From Ignicoccus hospitalis KIN4/I (GTDB lineage Archaea; Thermoproteota; Thermoprotei_A; Sulfolobales; Ignicoccaceae), in the NCBI RefSeq assembly GCF_000017945.1, contig NC_009776.1, positions 330,001-362,000 of the forward strand: DNA of 32,000 nucleotides, written 5' to 3'. This document shows, one piece after another, positions 16,096-23,479 of this stretch; position 1 is the first letter of the stretch; the number at the start of each line of letters is the position of its first letter. A program made the position numbers and the translations under genes. The notes under the pieces were generated by a model. It was not told the DNA's origin and did not search any database. It saw only the letters and a list, made by a program, of their open reading frames with translations.

Positions 16096-17550
16096 ATGTC
16101 TGCCAACATACCTCTGAAGAGGGTCGGCACCTACGAATGGATGATAGAGAAGGGCGTCAAGCCGTGTATGAAGGTGCCGGCAATAATATTCGCCGACGAG
16201 TACTTGTTAGAGAAGATGAAGAGCGATAGGACCTTGGACCAAGCGGCCAACGTCGCTTGCCTGCCCGGCATACAGAGGGCCTCCTACGTCATGCCCGACG
16301 GCCACCAAGGCTACGGCTTCCCCATAGGCGGGGTGGCCGCCACAGACCCGGAAGAGGGGGGCGTGATATCCCCCGGAGGGGTAGGGTACGACATAAACTG
16401 TGGGGTCAGGCTCATAAGGACTAACTTAGACGAAAAGGACGTAAGGCCCAAACTGAAGGACTTGGTCTACACGCTCTTCCGCAACGTGCCCTCCGGGCTG
16501 GGCAGCACCGGGAAGGTCAGGCTGAGCGTCAGCGAGCTGGACAAGGTGCTCGAGGAGGGCGTCTACTGGGCGGTGGAGAGGGGCTACGGGTGGAGCGATG
16601 ACCCAGAGCACATAGAGGAGCACGGCAGGATGAAGTACGCCGACGCCAGCAAGGTAAGCATGAGGGCCAAGCAGAGGGGAGCCCCTCAGCTGGGCACCTT
16701 GGGCAGCGGCAACCACTTCCTAGAGGTCCAAGTGGTGGACAAGATCTACGACGAAAGGGCTGCTAAGGCGATGGGCATAACCCACGAGGGCCAAGTAATG
16801 GTAATGGTTCACACCGGCTCCAGGGGGTTGGGCCACCAAGTGGCGAGCGACTACTTGATAAAGATGGAAAGGGCGATGAAGAAGTACGGAATTGTGGTCC
16901 CCGACAGAGAGCTCGCCTCCGTGCCCTTCAACAGCCCCGAGGCCCAAGACTACTTCAAGGCAATGAGCGCGGCCGCCAACTACGCTTGGACCAACCGCCA
17001 GCTGATAACTCACTGGACCAGGGAGAGCTTCAAGGAAGTGTTCAAGACCGACCCCGAGAACTTGGACATGCACATAGTCTACGACGTCGCCCACAACATA
17101 GCTAAGATAGAGGAGCACGACGTGGACGGTAAGAGGAAGAAGCTGGTGGTCCACCGGAAGGGCGCCACGAGGGCCTTCCCTCCCGGACACCCGGAGATAC
17201 CTCAAGACTACCAGAGCATAGGCCAACCGGTGCTCATACCGGGCTCCATGGGCACGGCGAGCTACGTATTGGTCGGAGTCCCCACGGGCGCGAGGGTGTG
17301 GTACAGCACTTGCCACGGCGCCGGGAGGTGGCTCAGCAGGGCGGCGGCGGTGAGGCAGTACAGGCCGAGGGAGGTGATAGAGCAGCTCAGCCGTCAAGGC
17401 GTGGTGCTGAAGGCCGCCCAAGCTAGGGTGGTGGCCGAGGAGGCCCCCGGGGCCTACAAGGACGTGGACAGAGTGGTCAGGGTAGTCCACGAGGTCGGCA
17501 TAAGCAAGCTCGTGGCGAGGCTGAGGCCCATAGGAGTGGTCAAGGGCTGA
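16096..17550 (+). CDS. rtcB: RNA-splicing ligase RtcB (3'-phosphate/5'-hydroxyl tRNA ligase)
   Basis: MPDGHQGYGFPIGGVAA, GGVGYDINCGVR, LGSGNHFLEVQ, HTGSRGLGHQV, AHNIA and CHGAGR are all canonical RtcB motifs. There is no intein. Confidence 0.95.
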   Translation: MSANIPLKRVGTYEWMIEKGVKPCMKVPAIIFADEYLLEKMKSDRTLDQAANVACLPGIQRASYVMPDGHQGYGFPIGGVAATDPEEGGVISPGGVGYDINCGVRLIRTNLDEKDVRPKLKDLVYTLFRNVPSGLGSTGKVRLSVSELDKVLEEGVYWAVERGYGWSDDPEHIEEHGRMKYADASKVSMRAKQRGAPQLGTLGSGNHFLEVQVVDKIYDERAAKAMGITHEGQVMVMVHTGSRGLGHQVASDYLIKMERAMKKYGIVVPDRELASVPFNSPEAQDYFKAMSAAANYAWTNRQLITHWTRESFKEVFKTDPENLDMHIVYDVAHNIAKIEEHDVDGKRKKLVVHRKGATRAFPPGHPEIPQDYQSIGQPVLIPGSMGTASYVLVGVPTGARVWYSTCHGAGRWLSRAAAVRQYRPREVIEQLSRQGVVLKAAQARVVAEEAPGAYKDVDRVVRVVHEVGISKLVARLRPIGVVKG

Positions 17551-19012
17551 CGGCCTCGGCCAACTTCTTTAAGACCGCCCTCGTCTGGACGGAGCCGAAG
17601 TACCCGAAGCTCCCCTTCACGACCGCTATCACCGGGTACTCGTCTATTTCTTCTTCCAATACCATCGCTTTCGTTAGCCTGTCCTCGCAGTCGAACACCG
17701 GGACCCCCTCCCGGTAGACCTCGTAAACCCTCACCTTGTCGGCTTTGTCCTTCAGGTGCAAGACGTCTGCCGCGCTCAGGTAGCCCACGGGCCAGTTGGC
17801 GGCGTCCACCACGACGACAGCCTCTATCCCTTCCTCGAACATCTTTAAGGCGCTGGTCAGAGGCTCGCTGAGCTCCACAGCTGCCCTCACCAACTTCAAG
17901 TCGCAGAACCTCAAGGCTACCTTGCGCCCCCTCTTCCTAGTGACCGCCAGAGAGCCGAAGGTCAGCGTGTTCAACGTGACGACCGTTATGCTAGATGAGT
18001 ACAAGTCCAAACTAATTCCGTTGACCTTGTACTGGCTCGCCAGCAAGGCGGTGTCTATCCCTCCCTTCACGCTGGTCAAGGCGGAGTACCTCCACCTCCA
18101 CCCGCTCCACCACTTAATCATCATAGTTTTTACAAGTGCCACAATAAAGTTCGTAGTTATCAGAAGCAACAACGTCGGGTACGTTACTGTAGCGAAGTTC
18201 ACCAAGGCTCCGGAGCCCACGAAGAAGAGGGGCTCGAATAGACTGTGGTTAATGGTTTTCAGTTTCGATGTAAGCCACGGGCGCTCTGCCAAGTACTCGC
18301 TGGCGAGCACCCCCAAGAGCAGCGAGACCACCGCGCTGTTTAGGCCGAAGCTCTCAGAAGCGTACCCCAAGGTCAAAACCATCGAAATGATCAAGGTTAA
18401 AGGAAGCTCCTTGGCTAGGAACTGCTCCTCCGCTTCCAGTACCTTCCTAAATACAACCGTCCCGTACCTTATTGTTATTATTAAACCTATTGAGACAATG
18501 ATCAACATGAGTACGTTCTTCAAAGATAATAAGAAAATTATAGTTACTGCTGTTATCTCACTGACGCTTAATATTGTTAAGACCTCTTCGAAGTTCTCCA
18601 GCTCCACGTGCTTCAAGAGGGTGTACGCCCTAAGAGTGCTCGGCATGGAGAATATCGTGGCCAACAAGATTGAGCTCTTGAAGTCCAATGAGGTCTGTAA
18701 CAAGGCGAAGGAAATGGCGAAGGGCACTAAAAAGAATATCGTCCCCTTGATCACGTGTCTCCCCTTCACCTCTCTTATCAGCTTGCCCAACTCTTCGCTT
18801 CCCAAGAGGAAGGCGGTGAAGTTCAAGCCCACCACGAAGAGCAACGGGGCGTAGCGGTACTCCTCCTTCAGTTGGGTCAGTTGCGAGCCCAAGAGGCCTA
18901 GGGACAGGGGCCCGAGGAGCGAGGGGAGGCCCAGCTTCAAGGTGAGCTCTTCCGCGGCCTTCGCTAAGAGCAACGTTAAGCCTATCATCGAAATTATCAC
19001 TTCTGCCTCCAT
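17540..19012 (-). CDS. CPA2-like cation/proton antiporter membrane domain fused to a C-terminal CBS pair
   Basis: The N-terminus LLLAKAAEELTLKLGLPSLLGPLSLGLLGS is typical of Na_H_Exchanger/Kef proteins, followed by about 10 TM segments. The C-terminal ~130 aa carry two CBS-like repeats (GIEAVVVVDAANWPVGYLSAADVL...; YPVIAVVKGSFGYFGSVQTRAVL). Confidence 0.55.
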   Translation of the reverse strand: MEAEVIISMIGLTLLLAKAAEELTLKLGLPSLLGPLSLGLLGSQLTQLKEEYRYAPLLFVVGLNFTAFLLGSEELGKLIREVKGRHVIKGTIFFLVPFAISFALLQTSLDFKSSILLATIFSMPSTLRAYTLLKHVELENFEEVLTILSVSEITAVTIIFLLSLKNVLMLIIVSIGLIITIRYGTVVFRKVLEAEEQFLAKELPLTLIISMVLTLGYASESFGLNSAVVSLLLGVLASEYLAERPWLTSKLKTINHSLFEPLFFVGSGALVNFATVTYPTLLLLITTNFIVALVKTMMIKWWSGWRWRYSALTSVKGGIDTALLASQYKVNGISLDLYSSSITVVTLNTLTFGSLAVTRKRGRKVALRFCDLKLVRAAVELSEPLTSALKMFEEGIEAVVVVDAANWPVGYLSAADVLHLKDKADKVRVYEVYREGVPVFDCEDRLTKAMVLEEEIDEYPVIAVVKGSFGYFGSVQTRAVLKKLAEAVSP

Positions 19013-19119
19013 TCTCTCTGGTCACCGGGCTCCGGCCGAGGGCGTTGGAGCGCACAAAAAACGCGAACTTAGAGGTCCCAACTGAATAGGGCCCCCGCGC
19101 GAAGGCCTCCGGTGGTGGC

Positions 19120-19650
19120 TTGAGGGCCGTAATACTCGTGGGCCCCATGGTTGACGAGTACGAGGTAGTCGTCCCCTACTCCCTCTTCAAGGCGTACGGC
19201 TTCGAGGTGGACATAGCCTCCTTCAAGGCGGGAGAGGAGGTGGTGGGGAAGAGGGGCGTCAAGCTGGAGCTGGTCCCCAACAAGAGCTTCTCCGAGTTAA
19301 AGGCGGACGAGTACGACGCCGTGATAATAGCCGGCGGCTACGCCCCGGACAAGGTGAGGAGGGACGAGAACGTTAAGAGGTTCGTGAGGGAGATGTACGA
19401 GAAGGGTAAGTTGGTCTTGAGCATATGCCACGGGGGCTGGGTGCTCATAAGCGCCGGCGTCGCTAAGGGGAAGAAGGTGACGGGGAGCAAGGGCATATGG
19501 GACGACTTGAGGAACGCCGGCGCGGAGCCCGTGGACGAGCCCTTAGTTATAGACGGCAACGTGGTGAGCGTGAAGACTTGGAGGGAGTTCGACCACCTAA
19601 TAAAGAACTTCGACAAGGTTCTGAAGGCGATCAAGGGTACCTCCGGCTGA
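19120..19650 (+). CDS. pfpI: DJ-1/PfpI-family intracellular protease/deglycase
   Basis: YDAVIIAGGYAPD, the nucleophile elbow LSICHGGWVLISAG, and VTGSKGIWDDLRNAGA. Confidence 0.85.
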   Translation: MRAVILVGPMVDEYEVVVPYSLFKAYGFEVDIASFKAGEEVVGKRGVKLELVPNKSFSELKADEYDAVIIAGGYAPDKVRRDENVKRFVREMYEKGKLVLSICHGGWVLISAGVAKGKKVTGSKGIWDDLRNAGAEPVDEPLVIDGNVVSVKTWREFDHLIKNFDKVLKAIKGTSG

Positions 19651-20038
19651 GCTCCGCCAGAGGGTGGCCGTGGGCGTGGAGCAAGAACTCCTTGTACCAG
19701 CCGAAGGGCGCGCAGACCACCTCGAACTCCTCGCCGAGCCTCTCGCAAGCCCTCCGGAGCAGCTCCCTCGCCTCCCCCGGAGGGGCGAGCTCGTTGGACA
19801 AGTGCGCGTAGGGGTAGAGCACTAAGCCCGACGGCTTGACCCTCTGGAACTGTACCCTAACGTCCTCTAGCAACTTCTCCAAGAGCTCTTCTGTATCACC
19901 CTTTTCCACGGTCAAGAAGATCACTAAGGGGTTCTCTCTGCACACCTCCTCCTTGGAGCTCAACTCTTCCGCACTCTTCAAGGCCTTTTTAGTGGGTTTG
20001 AAGCAGAACTTCTTCGCGTGTATAAATAAAGCCTTCAA
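19631..20038 (-). CDS. Free-standing archaeal ThrRS-type editing domain (DTD-like fold, tRNA-Thr_ED)
   Basis: LFIHAKKFCFKPTKKALKSAE, VFLTVEKGD, VLYPYAHLSNELAPP and APFGWYKEFLLHAHGHPLAELSR are collinear with the N-terminal editing domain of Pyrococcus ThrRS (LLIHSDYIEYEVKDKALK..., [37 protein letters not shown]). Confidence 0.75.
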   Translation of the reverse strand: MKALFIHAKKFCFKPTKKALKSAEELSSKEEVCRENPLVIFLTVEKGDTEELLEKLLEDVRVQFQRVKPSGLVLYPYAHLSNELAPPGEARELLRRACERLGEEFEVVCAPFGWYKEFLLHAHGHPLAELSRRYP

Positions 20039-20167
20039 AGGCCTTCCCCTCCAGAAAGGGGGCCGGGAGGTTTAGACTCCAAATGCTTACTGAGAATAAC
20101 CTCGTCGCTCCGCCCCTCCTGGGGATGAGCCGTCAGAGGCGGCTGGAACTTCGAGGAGAAGCCGCTG

Positions 20168-21349
20168 TTGGTGTTCTGGGAGACCACCAAGGCGTGTAAG
20201 CTGGTCTGCAAGCACTGCAGGGCGGAGGCGATAGAGGAGCCCTTGCCGGACGAGCTCACCCACGAGGAGTCCTTGGCTCTAATAGACCAGATAACGGAGT
20301 TCGGCCGGCCTTACCCTCACTTGATAATGACCGGCGGAGACGTCTTAATGAGGAAGGACTTTTGGGACCTGGCGAGGTACTCCATCTCAAAAGGCATAAG
20401 GACCTTGGTGGCCCCGAGCGTCACCCCTCTCTTAACGGAAGAGAAGATAAAGAAGATGAAGGAAATCGGGATAATCGGGATGAGCCTCTCCTTGGACGGC
20501 GCGAGGGCGGAGACGCACGACTCCATTAGGGGGATAAACGGCATATTCGAAAGGACTGTAGAGCTAATGAACTTCGTCAAGAAGGATGTGGGCATGTTCC
20601 TCCAGATAAACACGGCGGTAATGAGGGACAACGTAGAGGAGCTCCCGGAGGTTTTCAAGCTCATAACGGACGCCGGAGTGGACGCTTGGGAGGTCTTCTA
20701 CCTAATACTGACGGGAAGGGCCTCCAAGGATTTGGACCTCACTAAGGATGAATATTGGGACGTCTCCAACTTCTTGTACGACGCCTCCAAGTACGGGAAG
20801 ACCACCATAAGGACCACCGAGGGCCCCTTCTTCCGGGTCGTGTACCGGCTTAGGACCGTCTTGGACGAGATGGGCAAGGGGCCCGAGGAGCTGGGGGTGG
20901 GGGAGTTATACTACAAGCTTAGGGAGAGGCTGGAAGAGCTAATGGGTCCGGTGCCCCACGGGCCGCCCAAGCAGAAGAGGGCCCCCTCGGCCTACACTAG
21001 GGACGGCTACGGGATAATCTTCGTGGCCTACAACGGGGACGTCTACCCCTCCGGCTTCCTCCCGTACAAAGTTGGGAACGTGAGGGAGGCGAGCTTAAAG
21101 GAGATCTATCAGAACAGCAAGGCCCTTAAGATGATAAGGGACCCGAGCAACTTCAGGCCCCCGTGCGGGACTTGCAAGTTCAACTTCATGTGTGGGGGGT
21201 CGAGGGCGAGGGCGTACTCTTACTTCAAGGACCCCTTCGGCCACGACCCGGCTTGCAAGCTCCCGGAGGTGCTGGAGTCCTTAGACCCCCAGGTGGTCGA
21301 GGAGGCCCTCAGGCCCTTCGGAAGGGCGAAAAGCTTCACCAACGTCTGA
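20168..21349 (+). CDS. Radical SAM enzyme with a C-terminal SPASM domain
   Basis: CX3CX2C cluster in VFWETTKACKLVCKHCRAEA. GGD in LIMTGGDVLMRKD. SPASM-type Cys cluster PPCGTCKFNFMCGGSRARAY...ACK. The start is problematic (see findings). Confidence 0.8.
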   Translation: MVFWETTKACKLVCKHCRAEAIEEPLPDELTHEESLALIDQITEFGRPYPHLIMTGGDVLMRKDFWDLARYSISKGIRTLVAPSVTPLLTEEKIKKMKEIGIIGMSLSLDGARAETHDSIRGINGIFERTVELMNFVKKDVGMFLQINTAVMRDNVEELPEVFKLITDAGVDAWEVFYLILTGRASKDLDLTKDEYWDVSNFLYDASKYGKTTIRTTEGPFFRVVYRLRTVLDEMGKGPEELGVGELYYKLRERLEELMGPVPHGPPKQKRAPSAYTRDGYGIIFVAYNGDVYPSGFLPYKVGNVREASLKEIYQNSKALKMIRDPSNFRPPCGTCKFNFMCGGSRARAYSYFKDPFGHDPACKLPEVLESLDPQVVEEALRPFGRAKSFTNV

Positions 21350-21363
21350 GGCCCGGGACTGCC

Positions 21364-22503
21364 TTGAAGGTCCTCAAGTTTTCCAAGCTCTATGTCGGCG
21401 ACGGTTCGGTCTTGAAGGACGTGTACGTGGGTTTCGAAGGGGAAGAGATAACTTACGTCGGGGGAGAGAGGCCCGAGGGCGAGCTCCTAGGGGAGTTCCC
21501 CGTGGGCACCCCGGCGCTGGTGGACCCGCACTCCCACATAGGCATGGACAGGGCGGGCGAGCCCTATTACGAGGAGGAGGCCAACGAAACTATGGACTCC
21601 TTGCTGCCCTACCTAGAGGCTCAGAACAGCGTCTACATGGACGACAAGGCCTTCGAGGAGAGCGTGGAGTGGGGAGTGCTCTACTCCGCGGTGACCCACG
21701 GGTCCGGAAACATAATCGGCGGCAAGGTCGCTCTCTTGAGGAACTGGAAGAAGAACGTGAGGGACGCCTTCATAAAGCACGTGGGCGTGAAGGCGGCGCT
21801 GGGCTACAACCCTAGGTCCACCACCTCGTGGAGGGGCACTAGGCCCTCGACCAGGATGGGGGTCATAGCCCTCTTCAAGAAGGCCTTCGACAAGGCCGCG
21901 GCCGACTTGGAGGACTTAAGGAAGGGGAAGAAGGAGTGGAAGGACCTAGAGCCCACCAGCAAGGCGCTGGTCCCCGTGCTCGAGGGGAGGTTGCCCCTAA
22001 GGGTGCACGTCCACAAGGAGGACGACATAGCGGTACTTATCTCACTTGCTAAGACGTACGGCTTCAAGTACACGATCGACCACGCGTGCGACGTACACAC
22101 GGAGGAGGGCTTCAAGATGATAAAGGAGAGCGGGGCCTCCTTGGTCTACGGCCCCGTGGACTCCCACCCCTACAAGGTGGAGCTCAAACACGAGAGCTAC
22201 AAGAACATAAAGCTCCTAATAAAGTACATGCCGGAAGTCACCGCCCTGATGAGCGACCACCCAGTGGTGCTCCAGAGGAACCTAATGCTGCAGCTGAGGT
22301 ACTTTATGATGTACGGAATGCCCTTCGAAGAGGCAATAAAGCTCGTAACGGGCAACGCTGCGAAGGTCGTAGGCTTGAACGCGGGGGAGGTGAAGGTAGG
22401 GAAGTTGGTGTCCTTGGTCGCGTGGAACGGGGAGCCTTATGTGTTGGGCAGCGCGCCGGAGCTGGTGGTGGCGGAAGGGGAGGTCTTGGAGGTGCGTAGG
22501 TGA
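21364..22503 (+). CDS. Metal-dependent amidohydrolase-superfamily protein
   Basis: Typical N-terminal beta-sandwich (KVLKFSKLYVGDGSVLKDVYVGFEGEEITYVG), the HxH motif in ALVDPHSHIG, and C-terminal GEVKVGKLVSLVAW. Start set at TTG 21364, just after the rSAM stop; the 21163 start would overlap the rSAM gene by 187 nt. Confidence 0.75.
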   Translation: MKVLKFSKLYVGDGSVLKDVYVGFEGEEITYVGGERPEGELLGEFPVGTPALVDPHSHIGMDRAGEPYYEEEANETMDSLLPYLEAQNSVYMDDKAFEESVEWGVLYSAVTHGSGNIIGGKVALLRNWKKNVRDAFIKHVGVKAALGYNPRSTTSWRGTRPSTRMGVIALFKKAFDKAAADLEDLRKGKKEWKDLEPTSKALVPVLEGRLPLRVHVHKEDDIAVLISLAKTYGFKYTIDHACDVHTEEGFKMIKESGASLVYGPVDSHPYKVELKHESYKNIKLLIKYMPEVTALMSDHPVVLQRNLMLQLRYFMMYGMPFEEAIKLVTGNAAKVVGLNAGEVKVGKLVSLVAWNGEPYVLGSAPELVVAEGEVLEVRR

Positions 22504-22513
22504 AGGGTCCTCA

Positions 22514-22519
22514 TTTTTT
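22514..22519 (+). terminator. T6 run, a candidate archaeal intrinsic terminator for the rSAM/amidohydrolase unit
   Basis: 'cattttttg' begins 11 nt after the amidohydrolase stop. Oligo-T tracts are the established archaeal termination signal. Confidence 0.4.
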
Positions 22520-22526
22520 GTAAGGG

Positions 22527-22603
22527 TGGTGGACCGGCCGGGACTTGAACCCGGGACCTCCCGGTTGCCAACCGGGCGCTCTTCCAGGCTGAGCTACCGG
22601 CCC
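22527..22603 (-). tRNA. tRNA-Ala (anticodon GGC) with genomically encoded CCA
   Basis: The reverse complement is GGGCCGG TA GCTC AGCCTGGAA GAGC G CCCGG TTGGCAA CCGGG AGGTC CCGGG TTCAAGT CCCGG CCGGTCC A CCA. It folds into a perfect cloverleaf with anticodon GGC and the G3:U70 alanine identity pair. There is no intron. Confidence 0.92.
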
Positions 22604-22641
22604 ACCTCGCGCCCGGCTCCGAGGGAGGGATCCTAAAACAG

Positions 22642-22655
22642 TTTATAAGTTTTTC
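22642..22655 (-). promoter_or_regulatory. BRE/TATA promoter for tRNA-Ala
   Basis: The minus strand reads GAAAAAC-TTATAAA about 39 nt upstream of the mature tRNA 5' end. The TATA box contains the TAA stop of the upstream gene (22643-22645). Confidence 0.5.
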
Positions 22656-23479
22656 TCAACCACCGCGCCCACGTACTTCTTGTAGCTCTCGGCCACCGCC
22701 CCGGGCTGGACGCTGCTCCCCCTTACGTAGGCGAAGCTCTCCACGGTTGCCCCGGGCTCCACCGAAGACCTCTTGACCACCGCTTGGGACTCCACGAACG
22801 CCCCGGAGCCTACGAAGGCGGGCCCTATCAAGGTCGCCCCGGGCTCCACAGTTGCCCCGGGCTCCACTATTACCGGCCCCTTGAGGTGGACCCCCTCGAG
22901 GTCGATTGCGACCTTACTGTAGCCGGAACTTAAGTACCTGAAGAAGTCTTCAAACATTTTCAACACGTCCGAAGGCTCGTCCACGTCGTGCCACACGCCG
23001 TCGAACCTCTTTACGCTCATTATTCCGCTATTAATCAGCTCGTTCAAAGCTCCGGCGAGGTCGCCGATTTCCATTATTTTCTCAAAGCATTCCTCATCTA
23101 AGCTCAAGAGCCCCCCGAAGACGTAGCTGCTCTGCGGCCCCCCTATCTTCCCGTGTCGAGAGGAGGGCACGGAAGCGACTGCGGCCACGCTGCATGGGGA
23201 GTCCAAAGAGGTGTAGAAGCCCTCCTCCGCCACCACGTCGCCGTAGGAGACGAGCAAGGGCAAGCCCAGCTCCTCCGCCGCGTCCCTTATCGCCCCCAAG
23301 ACCCCGGGGGTCCTCTGGACCACAGTTTCGTAACCGTCCAAGGTCCAGCCGGAGGTGAGCAAGGCTACGTCGTAGACCTTTTCCAAGGCTTTTAGGGGGT
23401 ATTCGACGACCATCTTCCCTAAGAAGTACGTCTTGAACCTCTTTACCCTGTTCCCCCCTGCGAGCACCACGGCCCTCAA
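22643..23479 (-). CDS. Nucleotidyltransferase-fold protein with a C-terminal left-handed beta-helix (GlmU/GCD1-like sugar-phosphate nucleotidyltransferase)
   Basis: N-terminus MRAVVLAGGNR...; SYGDVV. The C-terminus carries hexapeptide repeats (VEPGATVEPGATLIGPAFVGSGAFVESQAVV...VEPGATVESFAYV...VQPGAVAE). The start overlaps the purB stop by 4 nt. Confidence 0.65.
   Translation of the reverse strand: MRAVVLAGGNRVKRFKTYFLGKMVVEYPLKALEKVYDVALLTSGWTLDGYETVVQRTPGVLGAIRDAAEELGLPLLVSYGDVVAEEGFYTSLDSPCSVAAVASVPSSRHGKIGGPQSSYVFGGLLSLDEECFEKIMEIGDLAGALNELINSGIMSVKRFDGVWHDVDEPSDVLKMFEDFFRYLSSGYSKVAIDLEGVHLKGPVIVEPGATVEPGATLIGPAFVGSGAFVESQAVVKRSSVEPGATVESFAYVRGSSVQPGAVAESYKKYVGAVVEKNL

Noticed and set aside
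20039-20167. A possible C/D-box sRNA in the divergent intergenic region, containing CUGA at about 20092 and GAUGAG at about 20124.
   Set aside because: The box order and spacing do not fit C-D'-C'-D. There is no canonical RUGAUGA, and there are no terminal complementary ends. The region is better explained as 5' UTR or the N-terminal coding sequence of the rSAM gene.
22439-22636. A 65-aa plus-strand ORF spanning 22439-22636.
   Set aside because: It runs straight through the tRNA-Ala gene on the opposite strand and through the end of the amidohydrolase gene, so it is not credible as coding.
22697-22866. Three to four copies of a roughly 13-nt repeat (GCCCCGGGCTCCA) that could look like a short tandem or CRISPR-like array.
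   Set aside because: The repeats are in frame within a CDS and encode the VEPGA(T) hexapeptide units of a left-handed beta-helix. Their spacing is irregular, and there is no repeat-spacer architecture.
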